From positions 7,302 to 71,301 of IMG/VR virus record IMGVR_UViG_3300035698_002820: a stretch of 64,000 nucleotides of DNA; one strand, written 5' to 3'. The translations under genes were made by a program, and so were the position numbers. This document shows positions 1-9,922 of this stretch, in pieces; within the stretch, counting starts at the first letter, position 1; each line of letters starts with the position of its first letter. The notes beneath the pieces are model-generated. The model worked only from the letters and a program-made list of their open reading frames with translations, was not told the origin of the DNA and ran no database searches. This DNA comes from a virus.

Positions 1-583
1 CATTGCCTTCAGCATCCATTTTGCCAGTTGCCACAGCAAAGGCTGATGCATATGCCTCTTCAATAGTCAATCGAACTGGTATCCAGTCATCTGCTGGACA
101 AATTGACATATCAAATGGGCCCAAACCCTGGTCAATTGCCCACTTCAATGCTACAGGCACCACCACTGTGGCAATGCCTGCGGCACGCATAAGCCGTGCA
201 CACGTAGTACAGTAGAACCCAGGCACCTTGTTGATGAATCGTTTTGTAGTACCAGCATACAAGCCTGCAATGTACATTGTCCCACCAAGGCAACTCTCAC
301 CAAGGTTAAGGGTCCTAATCATAGCAACTTGTTCTGCATGAACACCATAGCACAGTTCATGTTGTGTACCAGATGGGACATCCTTACGCAGGCAAGTGCC
401 ACAAGATACTGGTATTTCTTCATCAGCTGGCCCAACCAATTTGCCATTGATGCCCCCAATTTGTCTGCCACCTGTTGTTACTAAAAAAGCACCATATTGC
501 ATCTTCTGACATGGTGATGCTGCTGACAGAAGTACACACCAAGTAAGTATCATTCTGTCTTCTGCTTTGCCTATGGTAGCCAT
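1..583 (-). CDS. dCMP deaminase (ComEB/deoxycytidylate deaminase family), runs off window edge
   Basis: Not in the ORF track; translated by hand from ATG 583: MATIGKAEDR...SPCQKMQYGAFLV...CGTCLRKDVPSGTQHELCYGVHAEQVAM...FYCTTCARLMRAAGIATVVV. Has the HAE and CxxC zinc motifs and an AAGGAG RBS. Confidence 0.85.
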   Translation of the reverse strand, partial: MATIGKAEDRMILTWCVLLSAASPCQKMQYGAFLVTTGGRQIGGINGKLVGPADEEIPVSCGTCLRKDVPSGTQHELCYGVHAEQVAMIRTLNLGESCLGGTMYIAGLYAGTTKRFINKVPGFYCTTCARLMRAAGIATVVVPVALKWAIDQGLGPFDMSICPADDWIPVRLTIEEAYASAFAVATGKMDAEGN

Positions 584-585
584 GT

Positions 586-1041
586 TCACTCCTTGTGGTG
601 AAGACTTTGCTTGACATCATAGCCGTCTGGATAACGTGCTTGTAGTTTGTCAATGTTGAGTGCCATGACTGTTTCAAATGGCATGCCCATAGCTGCAAGG
701 ACAACTGCTATGTACCACAACACATCTCCTATTTCATCCAGAACCTTCATCCAGTCCAATGGTTCAGTGTCACCATGAAACAGAAACTTCTTGGCAATGT
801 CTGATAACTCACCAGCCTCAGAAGCAATACCAAGCAGGCCGTGCATTATCTGTGTCTCATTATCAGTCAATTCTCTGATATCATAAGGAGACAGTGTGCG
901 CACTACTTCTTTGATGTATTCAGCTGGAGCAGATATTGAGCTGAGAATCTGTGTAGAACCTCTACGGATTCCTTTACAGAATGGGCAACTCTTTCTACCC
1001 TCCTGCCAATCTCTACCACAGTCAATGCAAATCTTTCCCAC
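586..1041 (-). CDS. MazG-like nucleotide pyrophosphohydrolase with N-terminal Zn ribbon
   Basis: GIASEAGELSDIAKK...DEIGDVLWYIA...NIDKLQARYPDG; N-terminal CxxC...CxxC. Confidence 0.85.
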   Translation of the reverse strand: MGKICIDCGRDWQEGRKSCPFCKGIRRGSTQILSSISAPAEYIKEVVRTLSPYDIRELTDNETQIMHGLLGIASEAGELSDIAKKFLFHGDTEPLDWMKVLDEIGDVLWYIAVVLAAMGMPFETVMALNIDKLQARYPDGYDVKQSLHHKE

Positions 1042-1052
1042 ACCAGCCTCCT

Positions 1053-1074
1053 CTTAACAGTCGTCAGGCAGTCA
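1053..1074 (-). promoter_or_regulatory. Conserved phage motif TGACTG-N4-ACGACYGWTARG, copy 1
   Basis: TGACTGCCTGACGACTGTTAAG overlaps the dnaE stop; the GAGGAGG RBS of the MazG gene follows immediately. Confidence 0.7.
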
Positions 1075-4000
1075 CGGCTGTTTGCTTCTGCCATCGTTTA
1101 TACATGGTTGATAGCTTGTATGCCTTGCAGCCTCTGTGGATATCAAGTGCCCAATCATCATCATTCAACCTAGCAAGCTGCAAGATAATGTCTTTGCCCA
1201 TGCGCAGCACTGTCTGTTTGTGGTAGAACTGTTTGTGCCCGGCTGCCCATACAATAAATGGGATGGAACCACTTCCATCCTCAATCATGCAGAATGACAT
1301 TTCGTGATTATTCTTGTCAATGTTGGTTCTGATGCTACGCACTGTGCCTAGAATGCTGATGTTTTCTTGGCCTGATGCCACAGCATCTGCAATAGTCATG
1401 ATGTGCATTGCTTCTCTGAATTCACCATACTTATCCAGAGGATGGACATACAGTGCTTGTTCAAATTCATTTAAGGGCTGGTGTGCTTCTAGTTTGGCTT
1501 GCAATTCATCTAGTCCACACAAGCCAACTGCCCATAGCAACTTCATATATGGGTTGGATTCTACCTTCACAATGAGTGGTACACCTACACCATTGTTGAT
1601 AATATCAGCATTGGCATCATATAGCTTGGTTACAACACGTACTCTCTGGGAGCCAGTTGCATCTCCCACATCCAGGTCAACATACCTAGCATTCCACGGT
1701 GCTTGCATCATGCGTTCCACTTGTTTCATGCGGTCTTCTGTAACATCACCTACTTCAAACTGCCCTACCCTATTGTATTTGATTTCAACAACTGTGCCCT
1801 TGAGCATCATTATTTGGCTTTTGCCGCTGAAGTCAATGTCTCCAATAGAAGCAAAATTCACATGTGGGCCAAAGCCTGCACACAGTGGCTCATAATGAGT
1901 TATCAAGTGCTCTTGAAGTGGTAGTGGATAAACTGAGGCAGCCATTCTGGCCTTTTGTAGTGCGTCCCATTCAGCTGGTTCCTTGGTAAACTGTGTCCAC
2001 AGCACATCTCTTGCACCAAAACAATCAAATGCACCTACCTTGATAAGTGATTTGATGACTCTGGCATTGCACTTTCTACGTACTATTTTATCCAGGAAAT
2101 CTTGGAATGAAATATATGGTCGGTGGGCCACTATCTCTTCCAGTGCCTTGTCCCCACAGAATTTGATGTCTGCCAGACTTGCTCTGATGCCCTTTGGTGT
2201 AGGCAAGAATTGGTCAGCACTTTCATTGATGTCTGGTGGCAGTAATTTCATTCCATTTCTGGTCATTGCTGCAATGTATTCTCTTACCCTATCCAGGTCC
2301 TTCTCACCTGATAGCCAAGCTGCCCAGAACTGCTGTGGGTAGTGAACACGTAGCCACATACACCAATAAGAAATGTGTGAGTAAGCAGTAGCATGCCCAA
2401 GATTGAATCCATAACTGCCAAAGTGTAGAATGCTGGTGTACAAAGTATCAGCCATCTTTTCACCCATCTTGCGTTCCAGACAACCATCAATGAAATAACG
2501 TCTGTGCATCTCCAGTGACTCTACACCTGTGGATTTAGCTATCTTCTTCCTCATTTTGTCTACTTCAACAGCCGGGAAGCCAGCTAACTGCCTAAACAAA
2601 GCCATCACCTGTTCCTGGAAGATGACAATGCCCATGGTATTCTTGGTAATTTCATCATAGATAGGGTGCAGTTTTCTGATTTCTTCTGTGCCCTTACGTC
2701 TGCGTAGATACCTGGCACACAATCCAGAACGCATACCAGAAGGCCTGTACAGTGCATTCAAGTTTATAACATCTATGAAGTTCTCAACAGGTGCTTCTTG
2801 ACAAACACGCATCATGCCACGGCTGTCAAACTGAAAGATGCCTGCTAGATTGCCTGCATCAAATTGTTCATACACTTCTGGACTATCCAGAGGCACATTG
2901 TACAGGTCAAGGTCTTCATCATCTATCAGTGCCAGTGCATATTGTAGTTGAGTCAGCGTAGATAGTCCTAGAACATCCAATTTGAGCAGTCCTATTTTAT
3001 CATCATCACGGTGGTCCGTGGCTGTGACAATATTGTCTTTGCGTCGTTCCAGTGGCACATATTCTACTACTGGTTTGGGTGTCACAATGAGGCCTGCTGC
3101 ATGAATGCCACCATGCCTAAACAAACCTTCCAGTTTCTTGCACAATGGTATCACCTGTGGATGTCGTTTTGCATACTCTTGAGCTTCTTTGAATTCAGAC
3201 AAAGTATCAAGAGCAGTCAAAGAAGCACGGGCATCACCACTGCTGCGAGTAAATACCAGTTTAGTGACCCTGTTTGTCTCATCATAGGAGATGCCCAATA
3301 CTCTGCCAATATCCTTGAGTACCATCCTGCCCTTCATGCTGCCATAGGTACCAATGTGAGCAACATGGTCATCACCATATGTCTCACGCAGATACTGTTC
3401 AATTCTACCACGGTCACAGTCTGGGTAATCCATGTCAATATCTGGACTTGTTACCCGCTGTGGTGCAATGAATCTGTCAAAATCCAACCCATGATAGATA
3501 GGGTCAACCTGAGTAATGTCCAGCAGGTAGCACACCAGACTGGATGCTGATGAGCCTCTGCCTGGGCCAGCCAGAATGCCCTGGCTCTGTACCCACTGAT
3601 ACAAGTCCCATACAATCAACAGATAATTGACAAAGTCCAGTTCCTTGATACGTCCTAGCTCATATCTGAGACGGTCAATATACAGCTGCCTGGTGGTTTG
3701 TATATCAAGTCCAAGATGCTTGGCTGTTTTGCTGACTTGCAGCTTCTGCCAGTTGCCTTTAACAAGATTATACATGAAAGCAAAAGGAGGCATGCCATCA
3801 GGCACCTGCTTGCACAAAGGTGTAATATTGTGTCCAAGTGCCAGCCGTCCATCAATATCTTCAGCAATGCGTATAGTCTCATCCAGCATCTGATTGACAA
3901 AAGACAGTGGTATATCTGCATAGTATTGCTGGAATGAGACAAGCATCTGTGCTCTATTTTTGGGGCACAGCTGCACCAAATCAGATTGCATTTTGGGCTT

Positions 4001-4699
4001 GGCCAGGGTTGATTTTGTCTGTATGCATAGAAGCACATCGTGAGCAAACCAATCATCCATGCCTGGATAGTGAGCATCAGTCGTACAGATGGCCTTGATG
4101 CCTGTTTTATGGGCAATGGACATCAGCCCCATATTGACAGCTACTTGCTGGCGATAAAATGCCCGACCATCAGCTGTGTCTCTGGGCACTAGTGGCATCA
4201 GCTCCAGATAGAAGTTGTCTGCAAACCTATCATAGAACTTCAAAGCTACCTGGGTTGCTTCATCATGTTGCCCATCAATTATCAGCCGTGGTATCTCACC
4301 ACTAGCACAAGCTGAGCTGATAAGTAGGCCGTCCCCATAACGGTCAAGTAAGCTCCAATTGATGGTTGGTTTGTAGTAGAACCCTTCAGTATGGGCTGTA
4401 GATGATAACCTCATCAGGTTACGAAGGCCTGCATCAGTCTGAGCCAGCACTAGCAAGTGGAATTTGGTACGTTGCCGTTCAGGTGCCATGTACATTTCAC
4501 AACCAAGTATGGACTTAATACCAGCCTCATCAGCTGCAACTTGCATCTGATAAATGCCACCCATTGCTCCATGGTCAGTGATAGCAATAGCAGACTGTTC
4601 CAATTCAACAGCCTTTGCTACCAGCTGCTGTGGGGTCTGCATTCCATCAAGTAGACTGTAATGGGTGTGATTGTGTAGTGAAACATACTGGTCAGTCAT
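1064..4699 (-). CDS. dnaE: DNA polymerase III alpha subunit (family C)
   Basis: PHP domain LHNHTHYSLLDG/AITDHG, GPGRGSSASSLV, SPDIDMD, GLLKLDVLGL, YGFNLGHA; probable start MTDQY at 4699. Confidence 0.97.
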   Translation of the reverse strand: MTDQYVSLHNHTHYSLLDGMQTPQQLVAKAVELEQSAIAITDHGAMGGIYQMQVAADEAGIKSILGCEMYMAPERQRTKFHLLVLAQTDAGLRNLMRLSSTAHTEGFYYKPTINWSLLDRYGDGLLISSACASGEIPRLIIDGQHDEATQVALKFYDRFADNFYLELMPLVPRDTADGRAFYRQQVAVNMGLMSIAHKTGIKAICTTDAHYPGMDDWFAHDVLLCIQTKSTLAKPKMQSDLVQLCPKNRAQMLVSFQQYYADIPLSFVNQMLDETIRIAEDIDGRLALGHNITPLCKQVPDGMPPFAFMYNLVKGNWQKLQVSKTAKHLGLDIQTTRQLYIDRLRYELGRIKELDFVNYLLIVWDLYQWVQSQGILAGPGRGSSASSLVCYLLDITQVDPIYHGLDFDRFIAPQRVTSPDIDMDYPDCDRGRIEQYLRETYGDDHVAHIGTYGSMKGRMVLKDIGRVLGISYDETNRVTKLVFTRSSGDARASLTALDTLSEFKEAQEYAKRHPQVIPLCKKLEGLFRHGGIHAAGLIVTPKPVVEYVPLERRKDNIVTATDHRDDDKIGLLKLDVLGLSTLTQLQYALALIDDEDLDLYNVPLDSPEVYEQFDAGNLAGIFQFDSRGMMRVCQEAPVENFIDVINLNALYRPSGMRSGLCARYLRRRKGTEEIRKLHPIYDEITKNTMGIVIFQEQVMALFRQLAGFPAVEVDKMRKKIAKSTGVESLEMHRRYFIDGCLERKMGEKMADTLYTSILHFGSYGFNLGHATAYSHISYWCMWLRVHYPQQFWAAWLSGEKDLDRVREYIAAMTRNGMKLLPPDINESADQFLPTPKGIRASLADIKFCGDKALEEIVAHRPYISFQDFLDKIVRRKCNARVIKSLIKVGAFDCFGARDVLWTQFTKEPAEWDALQKARMAASVYPLPLQEHLITHYEPLCAGFGPHVNFASIGDIDFSGKSQIMMLKGTVVEIKYNRVGQFEVGDVTEDRMKQVERMMQAPWNARYVDLDVGDATGSQRVRVVTKLYDANADIINNGVGVPLIVKVESNPYMKLLWAVGLCGLDELQAKLEAHQPLNEFEQALYVHPLDKYGEFREAMHIMTIADAVASGQENISILGTVRSIRTNIDKNNHEMSFCMIEDGSGSIPFIVWAAGHKQFYHKQTVLRMGKDIILQLARLNDDDWALDIHRGCKAYKLSTMYKRWQKQTAVTA

Positions 4700-5309
4700 T
4701 AAGGTACTCCCATGCAAGTCTTCTGTACTTCTCTCTGTCCCAGCCGTCCTGTTCTGTCTCATACATAATGATAATCAGAAAAGCATAGACTGCCATATCA
4801 ATGAGTGTTTCTTCTACTGTTTCGTTAACTTTGTGGCACCCTTTGTGTTTGATGGAGCGTAGCCGTTCCTTCTTGCTGATTGAGATGATGATGCCAGCAT
4901 AGTATAGAGGCATATCAAATGGTGCACAATAAGCCATGAAATTGGATAGGGGATGTTCAGAGGCATAGTCATGGTTCTTAATGCTGTGTGTATTGTCCAT
5001 CTTATCCAGCCATTCAAGCATGCCATCTATCAGTGTAGGGATGTTTACTAGATGATTTGCTTTGTGGCATATGGCAGCTGCCATAGCCAGGCTGGCAATC
5101 CACAGACATTGAATCTCTATGGTTCTCATGTCAGATAGGCTGTGTAGGTGCTCTGTTATCAGTTCAACTGCTGCATCATAAGCAGAACATTCTTCCACAG
5201 TCATGATTACTGTGAGACGTTCGTGCACGTGCTTGGCCACTTCTTCGATGTTAGAACGCATGGACTGTGTCAACTTGTAAAATCGTGGTGAACCGTGCCT
5301 CTCTGTCAT
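4692..5309 (-). CDS. DUF1599 / nucleotide-modification-associated domain 1-like protein
   Basis: C-terminal KNHDYA...NF...K.ERL...ETVEETLIDMAVYAFL pattern of this all-alpha NTP-pyrophosphatase-like family. Confidence 0.65.
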   Translation of the reverse strand: MTERHGSPRFYKLTQSMRSNIEEVAKHVHERLTVIMTVEECSAYDAAVELITEHLHSLSDMRTIEIQCLWIASLAMAAAICHKANHLVNIPTLIDGMLEWLDKMDNTHSIKNHDYASEHPLSNFMAYCAPFDMPLYYAGIIISISKKERLRSIKHKGCHKVNETVEETLIDMAVYAFLIIIMYETEQDGWDREKYRRLAWEYLND

Positions 5310-6091
5310 TCTCTATCTCCTGCCCAAAAAGTGCCGGCCTGTTCTGCTCCATCCATCCTGATACAGCTGCCACTCAAATATGCCCCACGCTCCAACAAGG
5401 ATAGAATAACCCAAGCCACTTCGCGTGTACTAGCAAACCGGTTGGCAGGCACAAGAGCACGGCGCATTTTCTTCCATTCTTCTATGGTGCTACCACGTTG
5501 TTCAACCAGACATGTATTTACTAGCTTGTCCATTGGGGTATCTTCCACAACACCCAGGTCTAACTGAATAACAGAAAAACGACGTGGTGCCAATTCACGT
5601 GCCAAGCACTGGGTCAAGGCCTGCAGGCCACGTTTGGATGCAGCATAAGCAAATGTTTTGGTGCGTGGGATATCAGCAGCATTGGAGCCAATGTTGACAA
5701 TCATCTTGGTGCCAAATTGATTGCCACACGTAGCCACAAATGCCTTGATGCAGATGAACGGTGCAAGCAGGTTATTTCTCAGTGTGTGTTCAAACTGCCC
5801 CATGGTATACCCATCAAGGCTGCCTAGAACATTGACACCCATACAATTGACAAGGCCATGAATGTCCCCATATTCTTGTTGTACCTGCCAGAAGATGGCC
5901 ATCATGGAGTCCCAGTCAGCACAATCAGCCAGGTATGTTTTGACACCATTTGGAGGTACTTGCATCAAACTGCCATTCTGGTTATCAACTGCTGCCACAT
6001 TGTACTTACCAGCATGCAATGCCTGAACAACAGCAGCACCAATATTGCCGTAGTTAGCTGCTCCCATCACAATTACGGTCTTTCTGTCCAT
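5306..6091 (-). CDS. Short-chain dehydrogenase/reductase (SDR)
   Basis: VIVMGAANYGNIG Rossmann motif, LVNCMG, IVNIGS, YAASK catalytic motif, IRMDGA; start MDRK at 6091. Confidence 0.9.
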   Translation of the reverse strand: MDRKTVIVMGAANYGNIGAAVVQALHAGKYNVAAVDNQNGSLMQVPPNGVKTYLADCADWDSMMAIFWQVQQEYGDIHGLVNCMGVNVLGSLDGYTMGQFEHTLRNNLLAPFICIKAFVATCGNQFGTKMIVNIGSNAADIPRTKTFAYAASKRGLQALTQCLARELAPRRFSVIQLDLGVVEDTPMDKLVNTCLVEQRGSTIEEWKKMRRALVPANRFASTREVAWVILSLLERGAYLSGSCIRMDGAEQAGTFWAGDRE

Positions 6092-6645
6092 TAGTCCTCC
6101 AATAGTGCTTCTATTTGACCATGACATGATTGACACAAGCACACTAGATTATCCAAGCTGTTATCCTGACTAATTCTAAATGGAACTTTGTGATGCACAT
6201 CTGGTTCTTGCCCCATTTCTTCTTGAGTCAAGCCACAATTCTGACAAGTGTGATTGTCTCTTTCAAGTGCTAGTTTACGTTGCTTGTGCCAATCTGAGCC
6301 ATAATTGAATGATGTGCCTCCTTTCCAATTACCATTAAGTGCACCGCTTCTCTTGGCTATTTCTTCTTGTGTATGAACACGTCTTGTTTGTGCAGCACCT
6401 ATTCTGTCCTTGGCCTCTTGTGTATGGGTGCATGTGTGGCCCAATGCACGTTGGTTGCCTATCATAACAGTGTGTATTGCCATCTTGTGCTTCTCAGACA
6501 ATGTACGGCCTGTCAATGCAGCACTTATTGTGGCCCCTTGTTCCAGTGTGCGGTGGCTGCCTGTATTGGCCTGCCATGCAATGACTTGTGCCTTGGCCAA
6601 AATAATCTTGTGTTTTTCAGTTCTTGGGTATACACCTGAAGGCAT
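6091..6645 (-). CDS. HNH homing endonuclease with NUMOD3-like repeats
   Basis: HTQEAKDRIG-type repeats, NWKGG, RDNHTCQNCG...DVHHKVP...NSLDNLVCLCQSCH. Confidence 0.9.
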   Translation of the reverse strand: MPSGVYPRTEKHKIILAKAQVIAWQANTGSHRTLEQGATISAALTGRTLSEKHKMAIHTVMIGNQRALGHTCTHTQEAKDRIGAAQTRRVHTQEEIAKRSGALNGNWKGGTSFNYGSDWHKQRKLALERDNHTCQNCGLTQEEMGQEPDVHHKVPFRISQDNSLDNLVCLCQSCHGQIEALLED

Positions 6646-7601
6646 TATTCTTCTAGTAACATTCTTATATCCGCAGTGATAGTGCGATAGATTTCATCCC
6701 AATCTTGTACCCTGGCAATATTAGGATGTTTCAAGTTTCCATTGTATGGCTGCTCCAACAGCAAGACAGGAGTGCCATCAGATGCCAATTCAAAGGCATA
6801 TTTGTCATGGTCTTCAACAAAGAACAGACATTTAGCAGGATATATGTTGCGTCGTAGGGCATCTGATTTGTCCCTGCTGAACAACAGCATATCATAGGGT
6901 ATGCCATATGTCTTCAACCATTCTGATGTATCATAGAAGATGCGATGTGCACGGGTCTGCCGTCTGGATGTGATAATGACAATCTTGTAACCCAGACGTT
7001 GTAACTTGCGTAGTATCTCAGCAGCCCTGGGATAAATAGGCAGCGTAATAAACCCACCTGATTCTTCAAATGCTTCCTTCAGCTGCTCCAAAGTGTGCTG
7101 GTCAATGTCAAATGCTTCAGCAAAATTGTAGGCAAGAGGCACACTGGTTCGCATTGTGTATCCTTGCTGTCTAACATAATCCCTGAAACCAGTGACATAA
7201 TCAGCTACACACCCATCCAAGTCGATGCCGATGATTTTAGTTCCCTCTTGTAGAACCATTTGTTCTGCCAACCATCTAGCATCTACACGGTCAGATTTGG
7301 CCATGAATTGCTCAAAGAACTCTTCTGGTGTGATATCATAAAGCAAAGCAATTGACAGGATGTATTTGAAGGCATCTACCAGTTCTTCAAGCATGTTGCC
7401 CCGGATAAACGGCTGTCTTGATAGATGGTGTAACTTGAAATTGGTGCACCTGATGATGCCCATGACTTCATCAATCATGGCCATCACATATTCCTTTACC
7501 AGCTGTTCAGTATCTAGTTGGGCATGACTTGTCGCCAGGTTCTGCTGCTGTCTCTTTTGCCTGGCCCATAGAGCAGATAGTTCATTGTTATATTGACTCA
7601 T
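6645..7601 (-). CDS. Fusion: dimeric dUTPase/MazG-like domain + HAD-family 5'(3')-deoxyribonucleotidase
   Basis: N-terminal DEV...EELVDAFKYILSI; C-terminal IGIDLDGCVAD, IVIITSR, DKS, FVEDH, QPYN; start MSQY at 7601. Confidence 0.8.
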   Translation of the reverse strand: MSQYNNELSALWARQKRQQQNLATSHAQLDTEQLVKEYVMAMIDEVMGIIRCTNFKLHHLSRQPFIRGNMLEELVDAFKYILSIALLYDITPEEFFEQFMAKSDRVDARWLAEQMVLQEGTKIIGIDLDGCVADYVTGFRDYVRQQGYTMRTSVPLAYNFAEAFDIDQHTLEQLKEAFEESGGFITLPIYPRAAEILRKLQRLGYKIVIITSRRQTRAHRIFYDTSEWLKTYGIPYDMLLFSRDKSDALRRNIYPAKCLFFVEDHDKYAFELASDGTPVLLLEQPYNGNLKHPNIARVQDWDEIYRTITADIRMLLEE

Positions 7602-8577
7602 GTGGTATCTCCCCATTCTGTTTTTCATACATCCGTGCAACAAGAGTATCTGCCCTGACATTGTGCCGCCACTCTGCCATTCTACCCCATGGCCTGTAGC
7701 CCATGCCATACAGCTTATCAATGTACTCATCAGCAAGTGCTCTGTGCTGTGGCATCTCTACGATATGGCCCAGTTTTGTATGCTGGGTGCTGATGATGGT
7801 AGTCTGTTCCCCAAACATTGCTCCATAAGCTGCTGTCATTGTTGGGTGTAGTTCTGGTTGTCTGGATGATGTTTCCATCACAGCCAGATGTGCTCTACCC
7901 ATGGGCCATGATACTCTATAAAATGGGATATCAGGTTCTGGGAAGTAAACGTAGTCCCATGTATGCTGCAAGTGTGTCCTGCTGTATGCTACATAGGTAT
8001 TTACTAGTACAGCTGGCAACCCACTCACATCTATATCCAGCACTTGCTGCATCACATGGGGCAATGGCACAGTCAGATAGCACTGGTCAAAGTAAACCGG
8101 TGGACTATCCTTGAATACTATTGTGTGGTCCTGGAAACCAATAACCTGCTTATTCCATTGAATGTGTGTCCACATCATTTGTAGCAGGTGATTGTATATT
8201 GTGTACCAGGGATAGCCTCTGTGCATTGGGACATTGTTCTGTGAGGCACGATTCATCAGACTTGCTTGGACTTCTGGTGCCAGTGATGTAGTCCACAGGT
8301 GTCTAGTCTTAAGCAGGTGAGCAGCTATCATTTCTGGTGTTGCTTTGCAATGAGCCACAGTTTCACCCTGCCAGGAGATGCCACCTTGTACTGGCACCAT
8401 TGTTGTTTCCAGGCCCAGCTGCTTCACCCAATCATCAACATGTTTAGTGCTGTGTAAATAGTGCAGGCCTGATTGCTGCCTAACAGGCCCAGAAGTCATG
8501 TCATATACAGTAGCATCCTTGTGAAAGTAAGCAGCAATCAGGCCACTCATACCTGCCCCAACAATTATCCTTTTCAC
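7588..8577 (-). CDS. FAD-dependent oxidoreductase, UDP-galactopyranose-mutase/protoporphyrinogen-oxidase-like fold
   Basis: GTG start VKRIIVGAGMSGLIAA (GxGxxG), GLHYLH, WDYVYFPEPDIPFYRV, GRMAEWRH. Confidence 0.75.
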   Translation of the reverse strand: MKRIIVGAGMSGLIAAYFHKDATVYDMTSGPVRQQSGLHYLHSTKHVDDWVKQLGLETTMVPVQGGISWQGETVAHCKATPEMIAAHLLKTRHLWTTSLAPEVQASLMNRASQNNVPMHRGYPWYTIYNHLLQMMWTHIQWNKQVIGFQDHTIVFKDSPPVYFDQCYLTVPLPHVMQQVLDIDVSGLPAVLVNTYVAYSRTHLQHTWDYVYFPEPDIPFYRVSWPMGRAHLAVMETSSRQPELHPTMTAAYGAMFGEQTTIISTQHTKLGHIVEMPQHRALADEYIDKLYGMGYRPWGRMAEWRHNVRADTLVARMYEKQNGEIPHESI

Positions 8578-8578
8578 A

Positions 8579-8776
8579 CTATTCTCCTTCCGTTTGCACC
8601 TGTGCCATGAAGTTATCAATGGCAGTTCGGACTGAAGGAACAGCACCATCACAGCTTGTTTCGTGAAGTCGCCATCCTCTACCATGCTGTGATGTCCGCA
8701 GAATCACTGTGCCTGTGTATTCAGCACCATCAGTTAGTTTCTGCAGAAAGTCCAGCCGTTCTTTATCTGTCGGCAC
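8579..8776 (-). CDS. Hypothetical protein
   Basis: GGAG RBS, tightly packed in the operon. Confidence 0.6.
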   Translation of the reverse strand: MPTDKERLDFLQKLTDGAEYTGTVILRTSQHGRGWRLHETSCDGAVPSVRTAIDNFMAQVQTEGE

Positions 8777-8780
8777 TATT

Positions 8781-9143
8781 CTACTCCACCAGTCCTTTTG
8801 CTTTCAGTTCGGTGTGTGTGGCTGCTGCTGCCTTCACTGCCTGCTTCAGTTTCTTGTCGTGTGCTAGCAGTGTCTTGGCAATCAACTTCATCTGTTCAGA
8901 CAGAGCACCGGCTGTTGTTTCATCTGATGCTGAACCCAGTGCCTCACCCAGTTTCAGCTCCATCACCTGACTGGCTCCATCCCACACCTGGATGACTGTC
9001 TGCATAGCAGACTGCATCTGGGCATCAACGTCCCCATCTACTTCGATGCCTTGGATGCTGATAGTAGGTTTGATGAATTCGTGGCTATTGGGACCACCAA
9101 TAGCAACTGTCAATCCAATGTCTACACCTATTGTGACTGACAT
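8781..9143 (-). CDS. Hypothetical protein
   Basis: GGAGG RBS, operon packing. Confidence 0.65.
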   Translation of the reverse strand: MSVTIGVDIGLTVAIGGPNSHEFIKPTISIQGIEVDGDVDAQMQSAMQTVIQVWDGASQVMELKLGEALGSASDETTAGALSEQMKLIAKTLLAHDKKLKQAVKAAAATHTELKAKGLVE

Positions 9144-9145
9144 GT

Positions 9146-9922
9146 TTAGTCCTCCTCTTCCTCATCAAAGAACGTATCAAGAGATGACAATTGAGCCAGC
9201 AATGCATTGACGTCCTGTATGCCAGCAGCTGCCTTTACTGGTGCAGCAGCTACTTCTTCTTTCTTCGCTGCCACAGTTGTCTTGAAGGCTGCCTGAGATG
9301 TGCCATCCATCATGACTTCATCCAACATTGCACCCCAGATTGGAGGCAGTTCAGGTATGTCTTCATTGAAGACAGAAGGGTCATCAGGGTCAAATGTGTA
9401 GGTAGTGTTCTGGGACTTGCCCTTCCTACTGACATCATAGTCACGGTCACTCAACGTCCCACGCTTATCGAAGTAGGCAGTCAAAGTGCAACTGACACGC
9501 CAGCCCTGGGAGAACAGCATCGGGCCATCAACTTCCTCTTTGAATAGGGTGGTCTGACCAACTACTACTGCTTCCCACCCATCGTCCTTCTGCTGTGTGT
9601 GCAAGACATAGTGTACCCACAGCCACATGCCAAACCTGAAACCAGGGCTGTTGCCTGCATCACAGTGTTCACATGCACCAGAATCTTTAGTGCAAGCAAA
9701 CATTTTCCACCATCTACGTCCTGTCTTACTGACTTGTGGCATGCTATGGAAGTCTCCTGATACCACAGCAGTTTCAAAGTCAGTGATGAACCGCACCTTG
9801 GCACTCTCACCGTCCTTTAGGAACAACTTGGGAACGAATGTACCAAAGCCAGCTACGGCCTCATCAATTTCAGACTGCCGTTCACGCATAGCAGCCAAGC
9901 CTGTTAGCATACTCATTTTCAA
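9146..9922 (-). CDS. gp32-like single-stranded DNA-binding protein
   Basis: LKDGESAKVRF, H...C...CEHC zinc site, DRDYDVSRKG...TTYTF, acidic C-terminal tail DTFFDEEEED. Confidence 0.75.
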   Translation of the reverse strand: MKMSMLTGLAAMRERQSEIDEAVAGFGTFVPKLFLKDGESAKVRFITDFETAVVSGDFHSMPQVSKTGRRWWKMFACTKDSGACEHCDAGNSPGFRFGMWLWVHYVLHTQQKDDGWEAVVVGQTTLFKEEVDGPMLFSQGWRVSCTLTAYFDKRGTLSDRDYDVSRKGKSQNTTYTFDPDDPSVFNEDIPELPPIWGAMLDEVMMDGTSQAAFKTTVAAKKEEVAAAPVKAAAGIQDVNALLAQLSSLDTFFDEEEED

